Below, in pieces: positions 39,188 to 51,400 of a DNA stretch of 64,000 nt (position 1 is the stretch's first letter; each line of letters starts with the position of its first letter). The notes under the pieces are model-generated. The model ran no database searches. It was not told the DNA's origin and saw only the letters and a program-made list of their open reading frames with translations. Position numbers and translations under genes: made by a program. The DNA comes from Vezdaea acicularis (Eukaryota), in contig JAPEUI010000010.1 of the NCBI GenBank assembly GCA_026025075.1, forward strand, positions 186,001 through 250,000. The letters run 5' to 3'.

Positions 39188-40323
39188 CTACTCCCCCCTC
39201 CCCGCCCTCCCCCTCGGCGTCCCAGGCCTAACCCCCCAAAACTTCCTTCCCTCGCCCGGCGTCCCCGGCCTCTCCGTCGGCGTCCCGGGCCGCTCCAAAC
39301 CCATCCACGCGCGACTGGGCCTAGCATCCCCCACCCCGAACCCCTCCGTCAGCTCCTCCCCTTTCTCCGAGTCACTCACCAACCGAATCCCCCCGCCTTG
39401 CTGCCCCACCTTTCCTGTCCTCTGGCCCAGCCCCACACCCCCGACGTCTCCACCACCCACGACCGTGGCGGCGGGCCCGACTAAGCTCTTGAAATACGCC
39501 TCCGAGGCTTGCGTGGCGCTATACGCCACGGCTGTCCACTGAAACGCGTTCTTCCGCGTGGGATCGGCGCCGTGTTGGAGGAGGAGCGTGAGGCTCTTCA
39601 GCTCGCCGTAGGCGGCGGCGTAGTGGAGGGCGGTCGTCCCGTCTGCGTCTGCGGAATTGGGGTCGGCGCCGGCGCCGGCGGCGGAGGTGGGGAGGAGCAG
39701 GAAGGGGAGGAGGGAGGGGTGCGAGGATATTATCGCTTGGATAAGCTAGGAGGGTGTTTAGTTTGGGGTACTTGAGTGGAAGAGGGGGAAGGAGAGGTGC
39801 GTACGGCATCAACGCCTTTCTCATTCTTCATCTCCACGCAGCCCGGGAACCGCGTCACCAGCAACCGGACCACCTCTTCGTGTCCCCCCGCACAAGCCAG
39901 CATCAGCGGTGTATCCCGGCTCGCGTTCCGACTAACCCCGAACTCCTCGTGTCCCGCATCGACCAGGAATTCCTACCCCCACACCTCTCTATCAGCCCGA
40001 ACTACCCACCCAAGCAAGCCCTCCCCTCCCCACCGGACTGACTAGGGCTCAACCGGACAGAGGAATAGGCAAGCTTACGACTATCTCGACCAGGCCCTCC
40101 CGTGCAGCGAGGTGCAGAGAGGTATTCCCGTTATCGGCATCGTCCGGGTTACGGATGTAAAGCGGGTGGTTCCTGAGGATTCGTCGGACGAGGAGAAGGT
40201 CCCGCAGGGCGATGGCGCGGCGGACGCGCGTGGATACGTCGATCCTGGGAACGAGGGGGTTAGTAAGGCTCACTTGAATGGGGGGAAGGGGAAGGGAGAG
40301 AAGGGAAGGGTGTGGTACTACAT
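39188..40323 (-). CDS. AVO2: Ankyrin-repeat protein, TORC2 subunit Avo2-like, spliced
   Basis: MIDVSTRVRRAI..LLLVRRIL, GNTSLHLAA, DTPLMLAC, GTTALHYAAYGELK and WTAVAYSAT..EAYFK. Confidence 0.7.
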
Positions 40324-40990
40324 CCTGTTAGTGGTGAAGGGTTGGGTTTGTGGGTGGACGTGGAGCTTGGGTGTCGTGGGTGTTTAGGCAGACGCGGGGG
40401 GTGAGGCTCGGGAACGGGTCCTGCCGCGGTTAGGGTCTATTGCCACCACTCTATCTTTTTTTTGGGAGCATGTGGCTCTGCGGGAAATACGGGTGACTAT
40501 GACGCGCATGGGCGTGAATCATTCATCTGCAAAATAATTTGCTTTTTTTCACGACTACAGCGGCTGGTCTTGAGGTTGTGTCAGAACTCATTGCGGTCTA
40601 GAGTGAAGTACTTCATCGACTACCAACTCAATACCTGAACGTACGTATCCCCAATGCAATGGCCTTCGACTCCCTATGCGCGGTCGCTCTAAAACTAGCG
40701 CTGTAAATTGCTCCATCGTAAGGTCGTGAGAAGAATGATATCATGTCATGAGCTCATAAAGTTTTGATTGCCTCAACAGAAGCGCCATCCCCCCTTCTTC
40801 CCCCGATCTTTGATATGCATATACAATTAATCCGGGAATGCGATGCGGGGGTGTATATGTTAATGCGTCGCTGTTGATGCAAAAGTCCGTTGAACACCTG
40901 CATGGCAAGGCCGGTCCAAGTTCGTACGCCCCGCACGCTTGGCGCCTGTAATCTGGTCTCATCCTGAGCATTAGAAGCAAACATTAACGC

Positions 40991-42014
40991 CTAATAGCGA
41001 TAGTCCACTGCACTAGTTTGGTAAGAGGAGTATTTGTAGTCTCGACCTCTGCTTGCGTAATGGCCTGTGGTTGGTGACGAGGTTTGGCTGTATACCATTG
41101 ACCTGGACTGTGGATAGTCGGTAGACGGCGACGAGGCCTCAGAGTATGTTCGCGCCCTCTGCTGCGTATAGCCTGAGGTGGGCGATAATGTGTCGGCAGC
41201 GTAGACACGTATTCTGGGCTGGGAATATGATGCTTCCATTGCGGAGGTGGATTTGGTAGCGTATGCTTGTTGCCGTGACGGTGGGTAGCGCGAAGTAGGA
41301 GACGAGATCTCTTCCTCGTATCCATAGCTACTGTCCCCGCGGGGAGAATATGCTGCTGATGTGGCGTCGTACTGGCTTTGGGGCACGCTCTGAGTATTGA
41401 TGTAAGCCGGTTGGTGGCTCCGTGATGCTTCTCGGCGTGTCATTGATGGGCCCCGGCTGAGACTGTATTCAGCATATCCTTCGTCCTCGGGCAAGTCTGC
41501 CGCTACAGGTGACGCGTAGGAAAGGTTGCTCAGGGCGTCTTCACGCATAGCCGTCTGCATTGCCGCGTCAAGCTTCGTCATCATCGTCCGCATGGCACTG
41601 ATATAACCTAGCATACTGTCGTTATCGTACAGGGCGTCCAGGAAATCCTGAACAAGCTCTTTAGTGCGTGCAGTCGAGGTAACGGAAATGTTGCTAGCAA
41701 GAGTAGCAATTGCATTTTCTGACAACGTGAGCGCCTGCCGGTAATCGTACGTCAAGGACTGGACGACCAATGGAGCTGATATACGAGGGAAGACAGTGGC
41801 CGTCTGACGGATGCTGCGCTCATACTCTTGCCACGTACTGACGAAATCGCCGAGGCGTTGCTCCCGACGGTCGCGCATGTTGTATCGGCCATCTCTACAA
41901 CAGTCAAGGGCACGGTGTAATATCGGGCGTGCGGCCTCTCCAAGGACCAGGACGACCCGATACTCGAAGTCCTGAACCGACATTATGAGGGCACGACACT
42001 TCCAGCGCAAGACC
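40991..42014 (-). CDS. Hypothetical protein with a helical N-terminal part and a Ser/Tyr-rich tail; 5' exon(s) unresolved
   Basis: Open frame of ~340 codons preceded by a pyrimidine-rich CAG acceptor-like site near 42014. Confidence 0.55.
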
Positions 42015-43329
42015 TGAGCGAAAGAGCAGAGGGAGGATATCAAGGCTCAATGATAATTTAAGGAGGAAGTAGTATGCATCTATCTCTCCTTGCTTCAGAA
42101 TATGCTCGCTCGTCTCGTGGCGTTCCAAGGCGTCCAAAACCGGGGCTCCCACAAATAGGGCAACCGGACAGCTTGGGATGGTCTCGCGCAATCCACCCTG
42201 TGAATGCGGGGAAAAACAACGGTCTCCGGCGACTGGCCGCCCAGTGGGGCCTGTCAATTGCTTGCTCGTCAAGTCGTCGAGGTTCCACGGCGTAGCTTCA
42301 TGACGCGGTGGGGTGTTTGCTTCTGATCATTCGAAGCTCGAGCTGGTGGTTTTAGCAAGGGCAAGAGATGGTCGGAGTTTTCGGCGTCACACGAAGCGCA
42401 CGTCCCGAGAAGTTCAGCCTTGGTCACTTAGCCTTCTGCCTATCCGGGGACGCGGGAGGAGGGAAAATGAGTCCCTCTAGATGCATGTTGAGGTGCAGCA
42501 AAGGGGGGTCATTGATGGTTGTCAATTGGCGCGGGGCGGTGGGGAGGGAGCAGACTGCGCGTGGTGCGTTGGTGATGACTCGTCCACGCGGGTGCAAAGC
42601 GGACGGCTCTTGGCGGGAGTCGCTTCTCTCCTTGGCGCGGGGACTAGTGAGCCTTGTCCGCTGCAGTCCCGCGCTGCCTCGCTGAGGCGTCAAGGCGCAG
42701 TCCCGGGCGATGGGGTCGGGGGAGGGTAGGGCTGCGCATGGATGAACGGCAGTGAACGAGAGAAGGAAGACGCGGAGAAGAGCCAATTCTGCGTCTTGAT
42801 AGGCTCGATGGCCGTTGTACAACCAAGTCATATGGAAACCCCCTTCGCACGTAGTTATCCCTAACGCCGGTCGTGACGGCATTGATGTTCGATCCACCTC
42901 TCTGTAGTCGACGAGTTGATATCCCGGATGAGTGCCCGGCCAGCAGGTCGCGCGCCGTTAGCTCTAACGCCATCGCTGGGCAAAAGCCGTCGGGTGGGCC
43001 AGTTTATAATCTGAAAAGGGTGGCCTTGCGGCTCTTCTGATAAGTCAATGCCAGAGAAAGGCGACTACTTGGCTTTTGGGGGGAATCATTTTAGGCTAAG
43101 CGCGCTGCGCACCCGCAGCCGACTTTTTCCACCTCGCGTGTCTTTCTGCACGCGCACTTCTCACCAGCGCGGCTCCGCCTCAAACCCTTCAAGCCTTCAT
43201 TAAGCTAAACTTCACCAACTACGCCTTGCTCGATAGTCTCTCGTCTCTACCTTCCCTCAAACCAGATGGAGACGATCTCCTAGATCAATCGAGCCGCAGC
43301 TTGCGGCCATTGTGGTCGCTGCATGAACG

Positions 43330-46300
43330 ATGTTCACATTTACGCCCCTACTCGGGGCCCTCTCCGACTCTCCGGCTTCACAGTCGCTGCTGGAGCTGGA
43401 CGGAGGGCTGAAGATACTCATTGATGTGGGCTGGGATGAGACTTTTGATGTCAAGAAGCTAGAACAACTAGAGAGGTAAGATTGCTAGGACTGTTCTGAC
43501 CAGCAATCAGTCAGGCCTACGGGTCAACCCTGTCCCTTACTTGCATTCGATTTGTCGATATATACATCAAGTCTTGTTTCTCGTACGATCAAGACGCCCT
43601 CACAAACGCATGCAATTGCTTCATGCCTATATATGATACAGCTATTGATTTCGCTCGAATGTAGGCAAATACCCACTCTGTCGGCTGTCCTCCTTACCCA
43701 TGCGACTATCTCTCACATCGGCGCGTTTGCCCACTGCTGCAAACACTTCCCCCTCTTCACTCGAATCCCGATATTTGCCACGACCCCGGTTGCATCGCTA
43801 GGCCGAACTCTTCTACAGGACCTATACAACTCGACTCCACTCGCATCGACAATTCTCTCATCGTCCTCCTCGTCCGAGACTTCATACGCTTACACGAATA
43901 CGAGCGGAGAATCATCAAACATCTTGCTGCAACCGCCGACAGACGAGGAGATTGCTGGCTACTTTTCACTCATCCATCCCTTAAAATATTCTCAGCCGCA
44001 TCAGCCCCTCTCGGTACCATCGGCGTCGCCCGATGGCCTCACCATCACCGCTTACAATGCCGGGCACACCCTTGGCGGAACCATCTGGCATATTCAACAC
44101 GGCCTTGAATCCATTGTTTATGCCGTAGATTGGAATCAGGCTCGTGACCATGTTCTCGCAAGTGCGGCTTGGCTCGGTGGAACCGGGGCAGGAGGGACGG
44201 ACGTGATTGAGCAGCTACGCAAGCCTACGGCTCTTATATGCAGCAGTCGAGGCGCGGAGCAGATTGCTTTGCCCGGTGGGAGGATCAAGCGTGATGAGAT
44301 CTTGCTTGATACCATCCGGTCTACGGTCGCCAACGGCGGGATAGTCCTTATACCAACCGACTCCAGTGCGAGAGTCTTGGAGCTTGCCTATGTACTTGAA
44401 CGTGCTTGGAGAGAGGCTGCAGCAGATCCGACTTCGAGCAACCCGCTGAAAGGAGCAAAGCTTTATCTTGCGAGCAAGAATATCGGCGCAACGATGCGAT
44501 ATGCTAGGAGCATGATCGAGTGGATGGACGAGGGGATGGAAGAGGAGATTCAAGGGGACCCAAGCCAAAACCGTTCTCGGGACAAAGCACAAAAAGACTC
44601 TCAGACCTCAGGAAAAGCAGGGGCACCTTTCGACTTCAAATACCTAAGACTTATTGAACGGAAAAAGCAGGTCGAACGCCTCCTCGATCGTGCCGCCTTG
44701 AGCAGGGGATCAGGGCCTGGTCGTGTGATCCTAGCAAGTGATAGCACTCTTGAATGGGGCTTTTCACGCGAGATCCTACGGCGGATTGCAGTGGATGACC
44801 ATAACACCATCGTCCTGACAGAGTCTCTTACCATTTCTAGCGACAGCGAAGAACACCATCGGTCCACCATCGGGCAAGACTTATGGGGGCTGTGGGCGAA
44901 TAAATCAGCTAATGTACAAAACGCAATCATGTCAGCCAGTGCGAACCGTGTGCCGGGAGGAGGTGCGCTACTTCAGGTTAGAGACGTCAGTCCAGCTCCG
45001 CTGGCTGAGAATGAGCTGTACAAGTATCAGCAGTACCTTGCAACCCAACGCAAGTTACAAGACACGCTTCGAGCTGGTGATGGTGCCGCCATTACCACCG
45101 CGGACGTGGCCGACGATATATCATCCGCCTCATCGAGCTCTTCCGAAGATTCAGACTCCGAGCATCAAGGAAAGGCACTGAATGTTTCCATGTCATTAGC
45201 TCACTCGAACCGCCACAAACTTGGTCTGAGCAACAAGGACCTAGGTGTAATGGTGCTCATCAAAGGGGAGGGCGTCTATGATTTCGATGTTCGGGGGAAG
45301 AGAGGCCGAGAAAGGGTTTTCCCTTACGTGGCCAAAAGAAAACGTGTGGACGACTACGGAGAGATGATCCGCCCGGAAGAATACCTGAGAGCCGAGGAAC
45401 GCGAGGACTTGGATGGCCCAGCTGAGGCTCGTGCATTGGGAAATACAGAGTCAAGTGGTTCACTTGGCCAGAAGCGCCGATGGAATGAGATGCTCCCTCA
45501 AGGAGGAAGGCGTTTATCAAACGGAACAGCCAAGCGGCGGAGAACCAATGGGAAGGTCGGTGTCAACAGAGACGCCAAAACTCGAGCCAATGGTCATGAT
45601 CGCCAACAGGATGAATCAGATGACGAATCATCAGAGGGCTCTGATGCTGAGGCTGAAGATCCAGTGACGACAGGGCCCAGCAAGGCTGTGTTCTCAACAT
45701 CAACGATAGATTTGAAGCTCGGCATTGCCTTTGTGGACTTTGCCGGTCTTCATGATAAGCGGAGTCTTCAAACCTTGATACCTCTGATCCACCCACGCAA
45801 AGTTATCCTGGTTGGAGGAATGAAGCAGGAGACTATGTCCCTTGCAGCGGACTGCCGAAAGGTATTCGCTGGTAGCGGAGAAAGCTCGAAGTCTGGCAGC
45901 GCTGTCGACGTTTTCACCCCGACGATTGGGAGGAGTGTGGACGCCAGTGTCGACACCAACGCCTGGGCGATCAATCTCAGCGAGTCTCTACTGAAGCGTC
46001 TCCAATGGCAGAAGGTTAAAGGCCTTGGAGTGGTACACCTCATTGGTCGGCTTGCTCTCTCAAGAATAGAAAACTTCCCCAACGACAACTTTGAGATGAA
46101 CAAGAAGCAGAAGCTACTAGAAGACGTCAAGACGGACTCCAAGAAACAGTCCACTACGACAAAGCAAGACGTTTTTCTTGCAGGACCTCCAGTTCTAGAC
46201 GTGATCCCAGCAAATAACGCCGCATCAACTCGGTCAATGTCCCGGCCTCTCCATGTTGGGGATTTGCGTCTCGCTGATCTGCGGCGGACACTTCAGAACT

Positions 46301-46503
46301 CTGGTCACGTAGCCGAATTCAGAGGCGAAGGAACTTTGCTTGTCGATGGTGTTGTCGCTGTTCGGAAGTCGGGGACTGGCAGAGTAGAAATCGAAGGGGG
46401 AGGTCTTAGAGCGGCAGAGGGAGGAAGTTCCAGGAATCGCGAGGGAACCTTCTTCGCTGTTCGGAACAAGATCTATGAAGGATTGGCGGTCGTCAATGGA
46501 TGA
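43330..46503 (+). CDS. CFT2: Cleavage and polyadenylation factor Cft2/CPSF100. Intron ~43476-43664
   Basis: MFTFTPLLGA..LLELDGG..ILIDVGWD, LLTHATISHIGA, YNAGHTLGGTIW, YAVDWN, VDDYGEMI and AEFRGEGTL. Confidence 0.95.
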
Positions 46504-46707
46504 TCGAAATGTACGATTCGATATTCATGGCCCCTGTACTATATCATGTTGGGAATATTGCATTGGGAGGTGTTGATCTATGGCTTGCCCTCATCGGAAC
46601 GCGGAAGTGGTGGGGAATCATATCACATGAAAAACTCGTTTCTTGGCCGGACCGGCTACTGGAGTATCGAGTCTTTTCGTCTGGTATCTTCGGACTGTTT
46701 CAGCAGC

Positions 46708-47395
46708 AGGAGTGAATATCAAACCCGATTCAAGTGGCCGCTTCTTGTCCTCAACTCTGCATAGTGAATCGCTACTTCGGCATAACTCCGGACATCGCTA
46801 ACTGCCATTCATCGTCGATGATCATTAGAGGTTGTTGCAATAAGAAATCCCCGTCCTTTCATCTGGTACCCTCGACCCCTTTTCGCCCAGGAGTGAATAT
46901 CAAAATTGTATCAAGTTATCGCTTCACGTTTTCAGCCATCCATAGTGACTCACTACTTCGGCATAACTCCGGAAATCGCTAACATTCATACATCATCAAT
47001 AACTGTTAGGGATTGCTGCGATATAGTTCCCCGTCTTTTAATCCGTTATCTTCCGCCCCTTTTTGCGCCAGGAGTGGATAATAATTGTTTCAAGTTATCT
47101 CTTCACGTCCTCAACCCTTCGTAGTCACTCACTACTTCGGCATAACTCCGGACATCGCTAACATTCATTCATCGTTGATAACCGTTAGGTTGTTAGGTTG
47201 TCGCGATATAAAAACGCCCCATTCTTCCATTCGGTGTCTTCGACCCCTTTTTCAGTAGTGAATATCAAGATTGTTTTAAGTTACTGCTTCACATTCTCAA
47301 CCATCCACGGTGACTCACAACTTCGGCATAACTTCGGAAATCGCTAATATTTATTCATCGTTGATAACTGTTAGGGGTTGTGGTAGTATAAATGT
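46708..47395. repeat. Degenerate tandem repeat, about 4 copies of a 181-184-bp unit (starts 46708, 46889, 47070, 47254)
   Basis: Each copy has AG(G/T)AGTG(A/G)ATA...CAAGT...ACTTCGGCATAACT(C/T)CGGA(C/A)ATCGCTAA...TTAG at a regular period. Confidence 0.92.
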
Positions 47396-47430
47396 CACAG
47401 CATGGATCAACCAATGAACGTTTCCTTTCT

Positions 47431-47454
47431 TCTTCATCTTCATCTTCATCTTCA
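47431..47454. repeat. (TCTTCA)4 microsatellite
   Basis: Read directly from the sequence. Confidence 0.8.
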
Positions 47455-47595
47455 TCATACTCTCTACAGCCTTGCTTTGTCTCGGTGGCCCCCTTCTGCT
47501 TCGAGGCTCTTCTTTCACGCCTTGCTTATTGATAACTTGCCTCCAGCCCTTTCTTTCTAGAAGTGTTTGCATCTAAGACTCGACCGAATCCCAAG

Positions 47596-48459
47596 ATGCG
47601 GAGAAGTGGGCCACCGTCTGGATGGCGAGTCAACCTGGGCTTCCATCATTGGGGCCAAGACTACAACCAGAGGCAGCCTCAACAACCGCCGCTGCCATCG
47701 GGGCCACCAGGAGCACGCACACCTCCAATTTTTATCTATCCCGGGGGGTATGCTGTATACCCCGTTCTCCCTCCTGTCCTTGGTCCTCCCCCTCCTATCT
47801 TCTATAGACCGCCGCCCGTCCCTCGTGGCCCTCCTCCTTACCCACTTGACTTCCAAGCAGGGGGGAACGGTATGCCTCGTCCACCTGTCATACCACCAAA
47901 TCCCCCTAGAGGTCCCCCCCCCACGGCACCTGCACCTGCACCTGCGCCTCCGCCTCCGCCTCCGCCTTCACGTCTTCCGCAGGCGCCTACTGCCCCTCCG
48001 CCTCCTCCGCCCCCACCACAGCCGCCAACTGCTCCTCCGCCCCCACCACAACAACCCACCGCTACTCCATCACCCGTGGTCCCTGGGGTTTTTGTTGATG
48101 GGAATCCGCACGGCTTAGCACCTGGTATCAACTACATATTCCCGCCTAAACACACATGTATACACCAGATCGTCGGCCGAATACCTCCGTGGGATTGCCC
48201 CAACGACCGTTTACAATTCCACATCCACCGAATACCGTGCTGCATGACGGTCAAGGATTTGATTCTACAGCTCGGAGGCGGCGCGGCAGACGAGAGCAGC
48301 GTCACAGATTGCATTGAGATCGGGGATTCGGCATGGATGAAAGGCATCACAATCTTGGTCAAGGATGGGAAAGCGAACAAAACGCTTCAACAGATCGGGT
48401 GGGATGAGACGCGGGGCACTTCAAACCGGCCTATCTGGATCTGGGTCAAGAAGGCTTAG
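47596..48459 (+). CDS. Proline-rich protein with a ~110-aa globular C-terminal domain of unknown function
   Basis: ATG at 47596, poly-Pro linker, then GINYIFPPKHTCIH...MTVKDLILQLGG...WMKG...IGWDETRG...PIWIWV. Confidence 0.7.
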   Translation: MRRSGPPSGWRVNLGFHHWGQDYNQRQPQQPPLPSGPPGARTPPIFIYPGGYAVYPVLPPVLGPPPPIFYRPPPVPRGPPPYPLDFQAGGNGMPRPPVIPPNPPRGPPPTAPAPAPAPPPPPPPSRLPQAPTAPPPPPPPPQPPTAPPPPPQQPTATPSPVVPGVFVDGNPHGLAPGINYIFPPKHTCIHQIVGRIPPWDCPNDRLQFHIHRIPCCMTVKDLILQLGGGAADESSVTDCIEIGDSAWMKGITILVKDGKANKTLQQIGWDETRGTSNRPIWIWVKKA

Positions 48460-51400
48460 GGAGTAATTGTGATGCACTAGGACATAACGGTTGTGGAAGG
48501 CTGTCGCATGCGGTGACAGTTGCAGTGGTTTGGATAGGTTAATACATTCGACAGATAGATAATAACTAGTTCGAACACCAGCCCATCCGCATTTATCTAT
48601 GCGTGATTGTGAGATGTCATTCCCGCGGTGCCAATTGCCCCGCTAGAGGGGGAGCTGAAGAGTGAGTACCCCTCTCTGCTGCAAGCGCCCAGCCAAGAGG
48701 CGTGGGCAACGAGCAACGGGCAACGGCGGAACCCACGGCTGTGTCAGCCGCCCTGATCACATTTTCCGGCGTCAATAATCACTGACGGGATTTTTCGTGA
48801 GGTAACGGCGCTAATGCCGGCCCCGTCACCCTCCTCTTTTCCTGTCACCCTGTATGTTACACAAACTCGATCACTGGGTTTTACCCTCCCCTGGCCTTGC
48901 TGGTGATTAGACCTGAGCGCCTCCTGTCTATACCCATCTAATTTCTGCCTGCTCGGCGGGGTTGGAGGAGGATATCGCCGGGTTTGGTTAGTTCGTCGGG
49001 CGATGAGGGTAGAGTTTGTCATGCTTCTCTGCTGGTTCACGATTTATGACATCTTCCTCGTCAAGGTCTTGGCCAGGGCGTCAGCTCCGTCATGAGCCAA
49101 CCCAAAGTGGGGGGAACAGCAGAAAAGAGCTGCGTGAATTTCCTCTTTTACTTCCGAAAAAACGCATGTCTTACATTGTTTGTGAAGCCGCAGTGTTTGC
49201 TGTAGGGAGAAGGGCTTGAGGAATGGTCCACCATGATCGCCTGATCATCGTCGCCGTCTGTTGATATCCCAGAAGCCCTACCGCCGGCCCCCACCATCAC
49301 GCGTACGGCACATTCCTATAGGCTGCCACCGTGGACCCCCGCTTCGTCCTTGATTATCTCCACCTCTTCCGACTCGATCAATGGTCTTCGCCTGTCGAGA
49401 GGAAATGCCTCAGTTGGGGGCTTTGATGTGGTGAGGAGGCGGCGTCGCCGAGCCTCTCGCTCTCGCTCTTCTTGTGCTGCTGCTGCTCCGACTGCAGTTG
49501 CGGCGGCGCCCGCTTCGTGACCTTTTTGATCACGACGGATCAACCACGCACCATCTGGCGGCGGCGGCTGCTCCTGCAATGCACACGGTGTCGTTACCAG
49601 ACTTTGAAGCGGCCAACCAGACCGTCTGAAGGCGTCGGCCAAGAGTCTCGAGACGGATCGGCTCTGCGATAAGCTCGTGCTTGCGCCGCCCCATTACTCG
49701 ATTGCTTTTGCCCGGCTTCTCGAGGGATGGCAAGGCCGAGGAGGAGGAGGGGGCGTTGGGAAATGCGATATCACTCTCTAAACTCCAACTCTGTTGACTC
49801 TTTCTCTCCTCTCGTTCGCTTTGGGGCTGCGGTACGAGTACACCCCACCCCCTCGATCAGTCTCAGCCGCGAGTTATCCAGTCCAGATCTTCGGTTCGTT
49901 TTGCCGCATTGGAGGATAGTCGATCCGGACATGACATCGCAACGGCCCCGTTTCGACGAGAAGCAGCACCAAAACCAGCATCAGCACCAGCAAACAGCAC
50001 CAGCGCCGGCGCCAGGAGGGGTCACCAGCAGAGCCGTACTGGAGGAGAGGGGCTTGCCAAGCTGCTGGCCAGTCCACGCCCTCTAGCTCGCCACGGTGCC
50101 GCCGCATTTCTCCCTTTCTCGCGCTCACCGCTCAATCCTTCGACCCGTTCACGGGGGCCGACTGCTGAGATCGAACATCTCGCTTCGAGCAGAAAGCCGA
50201 CCTAGAACCCAGAACTCAGGGCTCGTTGGTCCCCCTTTCTCCGGCGTCGCCGACTCGTCACGAACAACGTAATCCATTCATCATCTCCGTCCTCGTGAGA
50301 AGGCGGCCCTTCTCACGCCCGCTGCTGGTGCTTCGACCATACTGCTAGAGCCGCCCGCTGGCCCTGGCGCATCGGCCAGCCGCGACATCTTGCCGTCCAA
50401 CCCGGTTCACCGAAAGCTAGATCGATCACTCCCGTGTAGATGAGGATACGCATGACCTGTGGATAACACGGTCCTATTCGATGCCCAGCGCGCACCCCCG
50501 TGTGCTCGTACAGTATCGGACCCGTAACCCCCTAGCTCCGTCCTGCCCTCGGGATCACCCTCCTCCCTTGGTGATCCTCGCGACAGGCCGCCAACACGTC
50601 ATACCTTGGCAAGCCCGTCAAATAGGGTTGGAGCCAGCAAGCGCGTCAGGCCGAGTAGCGTGGCGGGTGTGAAGAATTCTGGAAGGAGAAGGGCACCGCA
50701 AGGGCATAGGCACGAGGAAGGGAGGGGGTGAGAAAGAGGGGGGGGAGGATAAGGAAGAGTGGGGGTTTGCGCGCTGCACAATCAACGTCTTTTCGTATCC
50801 CTCGGCCCTTATGACTTGCGCTTACGATCGTCGAAATGTGCGGTTTTCCCTGATGGCCCCGCCTCATGCATAGACAATTGCATTAGGTTCAGGGCAACGG
50901 TCTACTGCCTCTAGCCGCGCCCTAACGCGTTGTGCCGTGTGTAGCAGCAGTAGCAAGGGCAAGTGCCGAACGTCGGTCTTCTACTTTCGAAACTTACAAA
51001 GAGGAGGGGGAGGGTCAGACGGAGGGAGGGCGGGCTAGCTACTCCTGGTTAACATCGGCTATTGTCCAAGATTTCGATTTCACCATCTCTCTCGCCGTCT
51101 CGCTCTCTGCCCACGTTGGGCCCGGCCTAGATAGTTTCAGGACCCGTATCTTAGCACCTTTTTCACATCTTGGGCATCCTTAGCACCCTCAGCCTCTCTA
51201 GCGGCTGACCGCCCGCCATCCTGGGCGCAACCGTCGCCTTCCTTCACGTTCCGGCAACGGGGAACTTTTGTCAAGGTATAACCCGAACCTACCATCTGCT
51301 GGGATTACAACGGGACAGACTGGGCGCGGCGGTGAGGCGTCGTCTCATTGGTCATCCTGGGACCTTCTCGAAGCTCTCTGGTCACCAGCTACCCCTCGCC

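Noticed and set aside
39070..39484. Poly-Pro and poly-Gly ORFs
   Set aside because: Simple translations of the C36 homopolymer and adjacent skewed DNA.
46708..47395. CRISPR-like reading of the tandem array
   Set aside because: The sequences between the conserved cores are homologous to each other rather than unique spacers, the period is ~181 bp, the context is eukaryotic and no cas genes are present.
50150..50480. TPP riboswitch candidate (CTGAGA motif) upstream of the transporter
   Set aside because: The remaining conserved aptamer elements are absent.
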